A stretch of DNA of 64,000 bases. Origin: Eledone cirrhosa (taxonomy: Eukaryota). The stretch spans positions 96,224,001-96,288,000 of the forward strand of contig OZ024744.1 of the NCBI GenBank assembly GCA_964016885.1, read 5' to 3'. Under the pieces are notes generated by a model. It was not told the DNA's origin. It made no database searches and saw only the letters and a list, made by a program, of their open reading frames with translations. Below, piece after piece: positions 51,548 to 64,000 of this stretch. The position numbers and the translations under genes are program-made. The stretch's first letter is position 1; the number at the start of each line of letters is the position of its first letter.

Positions 51548-51730
51548 AGGCAGTATCGGTAGAGGGTCTGACGCCATGCTTTGCAGCATAGAGTTACGAC
51601 CCTTCATGTTCTGAGTTCAAATCCCGCCGAGGTTAACTTTGCCTTTCTTTCTTACGGGGTCGATAAAATAAAGTACCAGTAATTCACTGGAATAATTGCT
51701 GGCCTTGTGCCAAAAGTAGAAACAATTATA
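51548..51730 (+). mobile_element. SINE with (ATTAT)n TSD
   Basis: attatattatattatat on both sides. Confidence 0.85.
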
Positions 51731-51904
51731 TTATATTATATCACGTTACTATATATATATATATATGTTAGTATACAATATATTGTATTACATTATATTA
51801 TATTATATTATATTATATTATATTATATTATATTATATTATATTATATTATATTATATTATATTATATTATATTACATTATATTACTATATAAATATATA
51901 TATA

Positions 51905-54900
51905 TTTTAGTAATTTATATTCCTGCTCTGTAAAACTCCTGATGTTCTTACATTGAGCTATTTCTCTTACTGGTAATAAGGTAGTAATAAATTACTGACC
52001 TTTCCTGTTTATAGTTGTTTATAGTATATACATAACTATAAATAGTATCATTATTATTATTAACTTCTCCATACTCTTGAGTTAACATACATTAAATTAC
52101 CAGTATGAAAATCAAAGATTACCTTCCTATGTCTACTAAGAACATACCAATACCATCTAAAGATACATATGAAAAAGTATTGATTAATAGTGTCAACTCT
52201 TTTATCAATAGAGTGAGATGGAGGACATTCCATTACGATAGAAACTGATCAGACAAAAACAGAGATACAAACAATTTCGACTCTTACGGCTTTAAAACTT
52301 TTAAAAGCCCTCCTCATTAAACTCTTCTGAAAATGACCTAATAAAACTAGTTAAGAACATTAAATATAAAAAGCATCGAAATAGAAACAACACCTTCTTA
52401 AACAACCTTAACTCCACTATTAAAGGATTTAATAAAAAAAAAATTCTAGTACATGCAGATAAAACTAATAATATATATAGCTTAGATTACGATACTTATA
52501 GAACATTTATATATAAAGAACTGCATAGGAGCTATAAGAAAACTACTATAAAAAACCTAGAAGATATAAATATAGAAGGCCGTAGTATAGTGTGTAAATT
52601 AAGACTTCAGAGACATACACAGTCATACACCCCTAACCCCCCCAAGATTCTCTCTGAAGGACTATAAAGAAGACTTCATTAGTAACCCTTCAATAAGACT
52701 AATCTGCCCTTCCAAATCTGACATTGGTATTATCAGCAAGAACATTTTAGATAAAATCATCCCACAGATTAAGCACAAAATATATCAACCAGTGGGGAAA
52801 TACGGGTGAAGTTATTGAATGGTTCAAGGATATTAAAAAGAATAAAAAAAAAAATTTATACAATTTGATATCAATTCATACTACACCTCTATTTCCCTTA
52901 TCCTATTAAATAAGGCATTGAGTAAGGCCATGAACAATAGTGACCTGACAAGATCCCAAATTGATGTGATACTTGCGGCCCGAAAAACCATAATTACATT
53001 TGAAGATCAATTATGGACCCGCAAGGATACGCACAACTTTGACATAACTATGGGATCTAGTGACTCGGCGCAGATCACTGATTTGGTGGGCCTATATCTA
53101 CTAAATGGAATTCATAAGAACCTACCCTACCTCAATGGTGGTTTATACCGCGATGATGCACTACTCCTTATAGACTATAAAAAAATTAATATAGAAAGAA
53201 CTAGGAAACAATTACATAACATTTTCAAAAACTTCAACTTAAGTATCACCTTAGATAAAAACACTAAAAACATTAACTTCCTTGATGCTACCCTTTGGCT
53301 GGACTCTAAAATATATATACCCTTTCATAAACTAAACGAAAAACTAATTATGTGGATATCAACTCTAACCACCCTAAATCCATATTAAACTCAATTAATA
53401 AAGGAATATCTAATAGAATCTCTAATCTATCATATAACGAAACCATATTTAACAATAATTCCCAATACTATAATGAGGCCTTAGTTAAATCAGGCCATAC
53501 AAATGGGATTGAATTCCTACCTATAAAATCACATAGTTACATTATTTCTCACAATATGGCCATGAGGAAAAATAATAAAAGTACTAGCCACTCTAACTCT
53601 AATACGAAGGGTAATATCAAACTTAACTCGCACCAAAGTAAACAACCACAATAATAATATAAACAGAAATACAAATACCTAAAAAAACATTACAAAAAAC
53701 AAAATAATACATTCTTCAATCCCCCTTTCAATATAAACGTCTCTACCAACTTACCTAAGGCTTTCTTCTCAATACCGGAAAAAAACTTCCCATCCGGCCA
53801 CAAATACCATAATCTTATCAATAAAAATACCATTAAAATCTCTTACTCTACCACACCTAACATCGCAAACCATATAGCTAGTAGCAAGAAAAGGAAGATT
53901 AATAATTATTTGCAACTAATTAAAACACAACAGGAGGTAAACGTACAGTACAACATAGTACCTGTAAATCCTAGTATCAATAGTAATAATTGTTTCTACT
54001 TTAGGCACAAGGCCAGTAATTACCCAGTGCATTACTGGTACTTTATTTTATCGACCCCGTAAGGATGAAAGGCAAAGTCAACCTCGGCGGGATTTGAACT
54101 CAGATCGTAAAGGGACGTAACCATTATTACTCTAATGCTATCCCTAGCAACCAGACTTCTAATAACCGGCAAGCAAACATCCAGAATATATGTAATTGTA
54201 GAACAAATAGAACTTGCCCCTTAGGTAATAATTGCTTAATTAAAGACATCATTTACCGATGCACGGTCAACACAAACAATTCTTCTAAAACATATATTTG
54301 CTCTACTTCGAACTGCTTCAAGACGAGATACAACTCGCACCTCCACTCTTTCAAAAAACACAATCTAGCCAACTCCACTTCTTTATCTAGCTACATACAC
54401 TCTCTGAAAACTAGCAATAGACCATATACACTTCAATGGGAAGTAGTAGGTAGAGCCACATCGTATAAACCACCGAATAAATTGTGTAACCGCTGTCTTC
54501 TAGAAACCCGTACTATAATCTTTTCGAAACTAGATCTCCTAAATAGAAAACCAGAGGTGCTTTCCTCATGCCAGCACCACTACCGACACTCGTTCCATAA
54601 CTTTAAACCTAGCTGCTAGTATATAACAATGTCAGATTTGAATTCCTCACCACCATTAACACTTCACCTCTAGGACTTATCAGCCCCACAGCATCACACT
54701 CTTTGATCAGCTCTTTCCTCTACACAACTCCTATTTATCTCAAACCTTATACTCTACAATAACTATTAGAAATAAACAATAAATGATCACCTTTTAATAT
54801 AACTACTATAGCTTACTTATTATATACAGTAATGTGGATTGGCAGTATTGGTAGAGGGTCGGACACCATGCTTTGACGTATAGAGTTACGGCCCTTGCCT

Positions 54901-56148
54901 TTCTGAGTTCAAATCGGGGTCGATAAAATAAAGTACCAGTAATGCACTGGGTAATTGCTGGCCTTGTGCCTAACGTAGAAACAATTATATACAGTAATAG
55001 ATATATAATATGTAGAGACATTTAATGTTATATGTGATAAGAAATTATATATACATTAATAATTAAATATATAAATTAATAGCATTGTATATAAGGGATT
55101 AACTTTTAACACAATATTATATATATTATTAACACAAATGATTTAACTAATTGTTCATGTTAAAAGCTTTTTCCATAACTTATATCTTGTCCAGTAATGG
55201 ATAGATAACGATCTAATGAGACCTTTAATGTATTATAGGAAAATAGACTGTATTTAAAATTAAATATAAATATATAACATTATGTAGAAGGGATCACTTG
55301 TAACACAATGTATTATATATTAGATCAAAGAATTTAAATAATTGATACTTTCCTATATAATTTAATTTAATTTAATTAGCTAGTTACCTCCCCTTACGCA
55401 TTAGCTCCCCTTAATTTTGGATCTCGTACTCACTTCCCGAAATTAAACCGTTAGAATAACTCGCTGTAGAACAACTCTAATCAATGAATAAGAATACAAT
55501 AAGACCAATTTACAATCCATTGCTGAAACTAACTAAAATCATTCAATATAAACATTAACTAAAATATAATTTAACATATGTAATGGAAAAGAAAACAATA
55601 ACTTTGATACTCTCAACACATACAGATTTGAACACTACGGAAACAATCATCACATTACATCCACCGTAAATTTTAATGCACTAACACATTTGCTTAATAT
55701 GCTTATATTTTATGTAATACCTTGCCATACAGTATTTATATATGCCTAATACTTTGCTTGTTTCCTTCTCATATATATGACTAACGCATGTGCACTCTCT
55801 ACATGTTTGCATATGTACTGCTAGTGTCCTCATTCTTTCTCAATGCCTCTTTAATTATTAGACTATTCTCTTGTATTTTCTGTCGCATGTATTCCACTCT
55901 GCTTTTAACGTTAATTTGAATTATTGTACAATTCTCGTATAATATATGTCGTATCCATTACACCCTGTAAATACGAAACTGTTGTTCACAACATCAATAT
56001 ATATGTATCTATATGATTGTTCAGTTGAATAGGAGGTTAATTATATGTAAAAACATTGCTAATGCTCCGATGATTCCAAACGAAAGTTTGGAAGAAATGA
56101 TTGTCAGCAATAACATGATTTGAACATAACTTTGATAATTGTGTAATT
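51905..56148 (+). mobile_element. Degenerate Naiad-like Penelope element (RT + GIY-YIG ~52129-54619, long 3' UTR)
   Basis: STKNIPIPS..FINRVRWR, QFDINSYY, FDITMGSSDSAQ, GGLYRDD, SNHP and CNCR..CPL..C motifs. SINEs are inserted at ~53986-54121 (-) and 54834-54987 (+, 15-bp TSD attatatacagtaat). Confidence 0.85.
56063..56109 (+). ncRNA. Decayed minimal hammerhead at PLE 3' end
   Basis: tgct CCGATGA ttccaaac-gaaa-gtttggaa GAAA tgattg TC agca. U4 is mutated, and stem III looks like CpG-decayed cgatcg. Confidence 0.65.
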
Positions 56149-56248
56149 TATATATATGTTAGTATACAATATATTGTATTATATTATATTATATTATATT
56201 ATATTATATTATATTATATTATATTATATTATATTATATTATATTATA

Positions 56249-57803
56249 TTAGCAGTTTAGCCCGGTGTTGCTCGGGTTTGTTCATTTGCTTTGAAAAGTT
56301 ACATACAGGTAAACGTGGCTTGAAAGCGAATAAGCTTATCAATTAAGTGCATAAAGCAGTTGAACCGGTTATTAAAAGTTACGAACCAATGATGGGTTAA
56401 TAATCTTCCAATAGCGAATTTAGCAGACCAAAGTTGCAAGATGGTGGCCCGGATGCCGCTGGGTGTCAGATCTTTCCGCTATGGGTGACCCTACCAGGAA
56501 ATAGTTTTCCAGACGGCATAGCTCCAACACCTTCAACACCTGCACCAACATCTATAGCACCTCTTTGTAGACGATATTGCGTGTCATCCCTTGAGGAGTG
56601 CAAGCAAAAAGTCCATTCCCGCTCCCTACGCGGGAACAGGCAACATAAGTTGGCCATGGGAGAAGCATGGGTCCCCCAAATGGATGCCCTTGTGACTTGT
56701 TAATGAACATGGCAAAACATGGTCTCACCGGGAATTGGGATCGCCGGAAATTGAACGGGATATCTGACGCCGAGGGGAAAAGGTTCATCCTTGGCAGTGT
56801 ATTCGGCAGAATTGCCAGAAGTACAACACTATGGGTGTTATCATATTAATATTTAACCAGTGAAAGTCGTAAAAAATAAATAATTTAAACATTCCAATTC
56901 ATATGTCTATAGCATTAATCTGTTATATGAAGTATTATTTTTCGGGTTGTTATTTGCAATAAGCCGATTTAAAATGCCCCAGAAAAGCCGTATGTCAATA
57001 CGGAACTCCAATGACTCCCCCAGCAGTTAAATTATAGAGAGGGGGAATAATCTATTATAGAGAGAGGGAAGAGCGACGGAGAGAGTAACGCTAAGAAACT
57101 ATAGGGAGGTGTGTAAAACAGTGTTGTCATATAGAGAGTGAAGAGCGCCAGAGAGAGTAAAGCAGTTAAATTATAGAGAGGGGAAATGATCTATTATAGA
57201 GAGAGGAAAGAGTGACGGAGAGAGTAAAACTAAGACACAGGTGTGTTAAACCTCAAAGCATGAAGAGAGTAAAGCAGTTAAATTATAGAGAGGGGGAATG
57301 ATCTATTATAGAGAGAGGGAAGAGCGACGGAGAGGGTAAAGCTATGTTTGCTGTTGTATAAATTGATGTGTTGCTTAGTTTTCAAAGTTTATGTCGCGTT
57401 CCTGAACGAAGTTTTGACGCTGTTGTAAACTGTAATGGTGATAGGGTAATAGAGGGAGGAATTAACTTTTTAAAGAGAGTTGCAGAGGAGATTGAGAGGG
57501 GAGTAGAGGGAGGGATGAACCTTTTAAAGAGAGTTGCAACATGTATGTAGTTTCATAGATTGTTGAGGGTAGTAGAGAGAGGGATTAAGCGTGTAAGAGA
57601 GAGGGTTACAGCATGTATTTAGTTTTATCGATTTTTTTCATAGACGCAGGAAATATTTGGCAAAGTTTATTACGCGTTGAGCATCGTTGGTAAATTTGGA
57701 GCACATTGGAAAAAAAAAATCATCAAAATCGGTAGAGAAATGTGGAAATGCATAAAAATCATACACACACAGACAGACATCTTCCGTTTTATATATATAG
57801 AGA
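56249..57803 (-). mobile_element. Non-autonomous Helitron with Pif1 helicase C-terminal remnant
   Basis: 5' TCTCTATATATATAAAA, 3' hairpin cccgagcaacaccggg then CTAA (CTRR), inserted at A|T. ORF 56552-56788 reads PFNFRRSQFPVRPCFAMFINKSQG..YVACSRV..TRNIVYKEVL. Internal minisatellite at 57022-57345. Confidence 0.9.
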
Positions 57804-57990
57804 TGGATTGGCAGTATCGGTAGAGGGTCGGACGCCTTGCTTTGACGCAAAGAGTTACGGCCCTTTCCATTCTGAGTTCAAATCCCGCCGAGGTTAACTT
57901 TGCCTTTCATCCTTACGGGGTCGATAAAATAAAGTACCAGTAATATACTGTGATAAATGCTGGCCTTGTGCCAAAAGTAGAAACAATTAT
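57804..57990 (+). mobile_element. SINE
   Basis: A box tggcagtatcgg, B box, Nin domain and tail. Confidence 0.9.
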
Positions 57991-58107
57991 ATTATATTAT
58001 ATTACATTACTATATATATGCTAGTATACAATATATTGTATTATATTATATTATATTATATTACATTACATTACTATATATATATATGTTAGTATACAAT
58101 ATATTGT

Positions 58108-60270
58108 GCGAAACATGTGTAAGAGCTTTATAAAGATATGATTTAACGGCTTGTAACTCTTTCATTAATTATTTTGCCTATCACCGCTCTGCTTAATCCT
58201 GTTCACTAAATATAAATTTTCTCTAATATTTAACCCTGATAACCCAAGCATCGAGCACTTACGCACCCGCTTTTGGCATGTAATACTCCGTGTCGCACCT
58301 CTTTATACCTCTTCTTTCCATCCTCTTTTACGATACTGTAACATTTTATTATTGCGCTCCTTTCAGTAGAGCCCAACTTACTACTTGCCATCATGTTGGA
58401 GAAACAACCGTTAGCTATGTATCTCAAGTCTATACCTATACCTAGCAGAAAAAAAACTTACCTTAAACAACTCATTGCCTCTACGAATTCGTTTATACGT
58501 AGGGTCAGATGGAAGGCCTACCATTTGGATAAGGATACTGATAATCTTCCAGCACCTAAAGAAAAATACGGCTTTAAGACCTACCAGAACCCACTGCACA
58601 ATACACTGTTGGACTCATTTGAGGAAGATTTACTCAGAATGATAAAAAAGATCAAGTTTAAGAATAGACGCAAATGCAGCAATACATTCCTGACATCCCT
58701 GGACTCTCTCATCACTAAAATCAAGAACGAAGACACCTTTTCGTTGCCTCTGATAAAACTAAGAACTTGTATAAGTTGGATGTAAGTAGATATAGACAAA
58801 TCATCTATAATGAATCAAACAAAAATTACATGAAAACGCCTATTAGCACTTTAAACGACATTACTAGATTAGGCAAAGACATTGTAACTAGCTTAGATAT
58901 AGATAAATACACTAACCCTTATGTACCTATGGCACCAACATTTTCTCTTAAGGATCACAAATATAATTTTAACGAAAGCCCCTCTATTAGATTAATATGC
59001 CCCTCCACTTCAGATATAGGTAGAATTAGCAAAGTGATCCTCGATAGGATAATACCCGAACTTAATAGTAAAGCTAAGGTCCGTCTCTGGAACAATACCG
59101 ACCAGGTCATTAAATGGTTCACAGGTTTACCTGATAAGGTATCTCTGAAATTTATCCAGTTCGACATAGACAATTACTACACCTCTATTTCCTCTGTACT
59201 TCTAAATAAGGCCTCCATCTTAGCTAGATCTAACACTAGTTTAACTAAATAAGAAATAGATATAGTGCTTGCAGCGCGAAGAACCATTGTTCATTTCGAG
59301 GGCTCCTACTGGACCAGAACCAACCGTCCTGATAACTTTGATATCACGATGGGGTCATGTGACTCAGTGCAGGCAACTGACCGGGTCGAGATTTACCTCC
59401 TGCACAGACTTAGAGACGAGAGGTCTGTGCTACAAGGAGGCGTGTATAGGGACATGCCCTATTCACTGTAAAGAACCATAGCCCCCGTAGGATAGAAAAC
59501 CTTAATAAACATACACACAAGTTCTTTAAATCATACAGCCTCTCTGTAACTATCGACCACAACCATAATATAGTTAACTTCTTAGATGTTACGTTAGAAT
59601 AAGGTACCTCTTAAACATACCATAACACAAGCCTGGTGAGGTCCTTTCCTACATCAACTATGCTTCTAACCACCCTAAATCTACGCTCAACTCTATTATG
59701 TATAGCATCTCACATAGAATCTCGAGGCTTTCTGCTAATGAAGACCTCTTCATTGGCTGATTCAGGTTATAACAGCAAAATTTCATACCTCCATGGCGCA
59801 AGCTCTATAAAGCCGCCCCCCCCCATGTATGACCAGTGTTATAGTGAGCCATACCTGTAACCAACGCCACAGCGGCCTTACAAGCGTAAAAAGTATTAGA
59901 AGAGCTAATAATTATTTCTACTTTAGGCACAAGGCCAGCAATTACTCAGTACAATTACTTACTACTTAGGTTAATTCCTTTTAAATACTAAAATAAAACA
60001 TTTTACATAGCTGGTAGAGGTCATTAGTTAGAGAAGAAACGTTTTACTAGCACCGGTAATTACCTCCCTTAGCATACTAATCTCTTCCCACCGTGTTTTA
60101 TACTTAACCACGTATATTTAATATACACTGTAATGTAAAATTATTATTTTACCCGAATAGGGTATATAATTAAAACTTTGCCTTAATATCTGCCTCAATC
60201 GAGCTCCATTGGGCGAAACATGTGTAAGAGATTTATAAAGATATGTTTTAACGGCTTGTAACTCTTTCAA

Positions 60271-60275
<5 letters not shown>
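58108..60275 (+). mobile_element. Degenerate Naiad-like Penelope element with direct terminal repeats (pLTR), endonuclease deleted
   Basis: LKSIPIPS..FIRRVRWKA, QFDIDNYY, FDITMGSCDS and GGVYRD motifs. The ~65-bp direct repeat gcgaaacatgtgtaagag... is at 58108 and 60213. Confidence 0.8.
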
Positions 60276-60310
<35 letters not shown>

Positions 60311-60315
<5 letters not shown>

Positions 60316-60514
60316 CGAAGGAAATGTGGTAAGGAACCAGGTGGACCATAACGCACCAAAGTACTCAATACTTAGGGTAGTAGAGTGGGTAATAGGAACG
60401 AGTAGGACCCCGACGGCTGAGCTCAAGCCGTTTCGACGGCTAATTCTGGACTAAATTTAGTCCAGAATTAGCCGTCGAAACGGCTTGAGCTCAGCCGTCG
60501 GGGTCCTACTCGTT

Positions 60515-60519
<5 letters not shown>
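60311..60519 (-). mobile_element. 128-bp spacerless palindrome + tail, same family as 12940-13704
   Basis: Centre 60455/60456, arms 60392-60519, tail 60311-60391, (TA)n flanks. Confidence 0.85.
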
Positions 60520-60570
<51 letters not shown>

Positions 60571-60688
60571 TTGGAACTCTGAAATAGCAATATATATATG
60601 GATGTATATATAATGTATTTTGCAATACACTTTATGCTTAATTAAAGAATATAACATCAGTAATCTCGGTAGACAGGAGGGAGTAGTT

Positions 60689-60733
60689 AGCCTTGATAAG
60701 CTTCAACAAAAGCGAAACAAGGCCTTGTCGGCT
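60689..60733 (+). ncRNA. Hammerhead ribozyme, U3:A8 variant, inside fold-back repeat ~60566-60850
   Basis: agcc TTGATAA gctt caacaa aagc GAAA caag gc cttg TC ggct. The inverted repeat is 60612-60646/60813-60848. Confidence 0.8.
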
Positions 60734-60856
60734 TATCTCCCCTGTTTGCTGAGATTAAAGTAAGTAAATTTGTCACTACTCTAAAACAATAGCATACGGT
60801 CTTCAAAATGCTTTTAATTAAGCATAAAGTGTATTGCAAAATACATTATATATACA

Positions 60857-60954
<98 letters not shown>

Positions 60955-61416
60955 GTCTCTCTCTCTATATATATACACAATATATCATATTATATGATAT
61001 ATTATATTACATTACATTATATTATTTTATTTTATATTATATTGCAAACAATATGTAAACAAATTCCAAAGTTATAAATCAGCAACATTAGCAACAACAT
61101 TAGCAACAACATTAGTAACAACAACAACAACAACAACAACAACAGCTATAGAGACAATAAAACTAACAACAGTCTTGACTATTGTATATACAGATTATAC
61201 AGGCTACTATGTGTCTAATTGTAGTTTCTTTATGCAAAGAAATATTATGTGCTCAGCTTATCTATTCATGCCTTATCAGACTATAAGGTCAGGAAATCAA
61301 TAACATTGTCTTCGAAGGAACCTTCACTAAGTGATCGATACCCGTTGAAGATTCGAATGTGTTTTCTTTTATGTTTTTTTATTATTAATTTCACTTAGGG
61401 TGGAGGATTGACAATA

Positions 61417-61535
61417 TTTTTAGGGCATCGGACACCATGATTCGAAGCATGGAGTTACGGCCCTTTACGTTCTGAATTCAAATCCCGCCGAAGTTAGCTT
61501 TGCCTTACAGGATCGATAAAATAAAGTGCCAGTTA
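61417..61535 (+). mobile_element. Degenerate SINE fragment
   Basis: gaattcaaatcccgccg and gtcgataaaataaagt motifs. Confidence 0.7.
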
Positions 61536-61709
61536 TCGGTCAAAATGCTTTGCGGTAGACACGTAGTCTCTAGAAAGAAACAATGCAGTTATTCATAAAA
61601 GTTGAAATTATTGAATTCAACATTTCACAGCTCTAGTATTACTCCTTCACAGTCAGCCTATAAACTCTTCAGCCCATCTTCGTTACATCTTTGATTCGTT
61701 GAATACATT

Positions 61710-62795
61710 GTCTTAAGAAATAACGATAAGTGATGCAAAGAATACTGAATTGAAGATAGTGAGTTTGGCTTTTACACCTACCTCCCTTCTGATTACTGAA
61801 TGCTGAAGCTGGTACATTACTGTACCAGCAATTCTTGCATTTAATTCAGTCTCCTGCCTTCCATCACTCGTCAATACAGCCCTGAAATACACGAAGCTCC
61901 CCACCTGCTTCAGTGGAACTTCATTTACATGTAGAGTGCACTTGAGAGGACGAGTGTCTTTGTTTTCGCAGCACCAATTTTCATTCCAGCCATGCAGCAC
62001 TCGGCATCAAACCTATCAAGTGCATGACAGAGATCACCTTCTGTCGTGTAACACCATGTCGTCTGCAAATTCCAGCCAACTGATTTTACACCTGCCAGTC
62101 ATGATACCACTTCCAACATGGCTGCACATGTCAATCCTGTTCATGAAAATAATGAATAATGAACAGGATAGGTGACAGTATGCACCCTTAGTGGAATCCG
62201 ACTCCTACATTGAATGGTTTCGATTTAGCACCATTTATCCAAACACAAATACTCAGGCATTCGTATGGAGACATCAGGGCAGCAAGAAGCTGACCATCAA
62301 TCCCATACTCCTGCAGGTATCGAGGAACGCGGTCATATGCCTTTTCAAGGTTGACAAAACAAGAATGTACCTCTTTGCAATACTTCCACAATTTCTCGAA
62401 GACCTGCCGCAGCGTGAATATTTGGTCCGCTGCTGCGTCCGAAAGGGACCTCGTGTACCTCAGAAGATGCTGTTGTGATCAGGTTTAGGAGCTCAGCAAA
62501 CTATTCTCTCCACCTGGCGAAGATGCACCTCTCTGAAGAAAGGAGAACCCCAGGCACGTTCTTGATAGCAGGTGTGGAGGAAGACCTCTTATTACGAAGT
62601 CGACAGATGCTGATCTGAAGTCGGATTCCTGCTTAAATCCAAAGTTCTCCAATGTCTTAACATTGGACGCCTTTACTGTCTCTGCTGCGATTCTTCGTGC
62701 CTGTTTGTACTGAATAGGCAAGATGAGGGACTTAGTTCCAAGCCAAGCTTTGTAAATCTCCTTGGCTCCGATGGCATCTTTGACACCTTGATTGA
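61710..62795 (-). pseudogene. RTE-clade LINE RT relic
   Basis: CFVNLEKAYDRVPR, PFNVGVG, FADDMVL, LKQVGSFVY and ELNARI motifs. Confidence 0.75.
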
Positions 62796-62825
62796 ACCAA
62801 TTATTATTACTATTATCCTTTAAAT

Positions 62826-63022
62826 TGGCGGTGGATTGGCAGTATCGGTAGAGGGTCTGACGCCATGCTTTTCAGTAAAGAGTTACGGCCATTTATGGTC
62901 TGAGTTCAAATCCCGCCAAGGTTAACTTTCCCTTTAAGCCTTACGGGGTCGATAAAATAAAGTACCAGTAATACACGGGGATAATTGCTGGCCTAGTTCC
63001 TAAACTAGAAACGATTTTTATT
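62826..63022 (+). mobile_element. Full-length SINE
   Basis: Starts ggcggtggattggcagtatcgg; B box and Nin domain present. Confidence 0.9.
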
Positions 63023-63123
63023 ATGATAGTTTGTTTTCCTTCCGTTTTGTTTCCGTTTTGTTTCCTTTTTTACCGAGTGTCTTCCTGACACCTAGGGCAA
63101 ATAAGCTCACTGTATCCAGTAAG

Positions 63124-63273
63124 GGCGTCCAAAGTTAAGACATTGGAGAACTTTGGAGTTAAGCAGGAATCCGACTTCAGATCAGCATCTGTCGACTTCG
63201 TAATAAGAAGTCTTCCTCCACACCTGCTATCAAGAACGCGCCTGGGGTTCTCCTTTCTTCAGAGAGGTGCATC
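63124..63273 (+). repeat. Inverted duplicate of RTE segment 62522-62671
   Basis: Near-identical reverse complement (ORFs 62485-62721 and 63143-63328 share sequence). Confidence 0.85.
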
Positions 63274-63275
63274 AT

Positions 63276-64000
63276 TTCTCTATATTATCGATACTCCTGA
63301 ACAAAGCCTTGATATTTGCCAAAAATAGATCAGACTTAACTATGGATGACATCAATATTATCACGTACGCTAGACAAACACTACTGGAGTTTCAGAAGGA
63401 ATACTGGACCAGAAATACATATAGTAATCTCTTCGACATAACTATGGGCTCTAGTGATTCTGCCCAAATTACCGATCTTTATGACATCTTTCTGCTATTT
63501 AACATTAATTCATCTTTTCCCCACCTTAAAGGTGGTTTATATCGTGATGACTGTCTTCTTCTATCCACTAATCTTAGCCTATCAGAAATTGAAATAAATA
63601 AAAAACTTATTAGAACTTTCCTCAAAGACTATTATAATCTCACTATTACATTTGAAAACACCAGTAAAATAGTAAATTTCCTAGATATAACTATGGACCT
63701 ATCTACGGGTATCTACCAACCTTACCATAAACCTAACCAAAACTTGCATTTCATACACTCACAATCCAATCACCCTAGATCTATCCTTAAAAACCTAGCA
63801 TATAATATCTCACTCAGAATCTCTAACCTTTCATCAAATCAGGATGTATTCGATAAAAATGCGTCCTTTTATAACGAAGCTTTAGCTAGAAGCGGATACA
63901 AAAACAAATTAGTCTATATACCTTGCACCAATAATATTTCAAACATACAACCTAATATTACCAACAAACACCAAATGAAAAACCCACACCTAAATGCCAC
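63276..64000 (+). mobile_element. Naiad-like Penelope RT fragment, same family as 3401-4759, runs off window
   Basis: FDITMGSSDSAQ, GGLYRDDC, VNFLDIT and SNHP motifs. 63619-64000 aligns at nucleotide level with 3401-3783. Confidence 0.9.

Noticed and set aside
52240-52255. In-frame TGA in a Naiad-like ORF as selenocysteine
   Set aside because: It lies in a variable linker of a copy with many other stops and frameshifts. The conserved Cys positions in 3401-4759 are ordinary Cys, and I recognised no SECIS.
58108-58130. GAAACATGTGTA as a hammerhead (also at 60214)
   Set aside because: Only the 3' half is present, with no upstream CTGANGA/TTGANAA and stem I partner found.

Overview
AT-rich, microsatellite-dense animal DNA with no recognisable host gene. 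The tRNA/Nin-domain SINE and the overall repeat landscape resemble octopus (cephalopod) genomes; this is an inference. Almost the whole window is nested transposons that sort into two microsatellite niches. (1) (TA)n tracts hold Penelope-like elements (PLEs: Naiad-like RT/GIY-YIG, Neptune-like GIY-YIG) and small non-coding fold-back derivatives. About a dozen type I hammerhead ribozyme (HHR) motifs can be folded by eye, and three unrelated families carry the compensatory U3:A8 core (UUGANAA). One ~540-nt HHR-delimited, retrozyme-like repeat is interrupted by a three-LTR tandem TRIM with a tRNA-Trp primer-binding site. (2) (TAA)n/ATTA sites hold R4/Dong-like RLE LINEs (always on +), Tx1/L1-like APE LINEs (always on -) and a SINE whose 3' tail matches the Tx1 tail. 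Also present are a non-autonomous Helitron with a Pif1 helicase remnant, two CRE-clade 3' fragments and an RTE RT relic. Most ORF-track entries (YIYI/CVCV) are microsatellite artefacts. Coordinates and pairings were read by eye, and the boundaries of degenerate elements are approximate.
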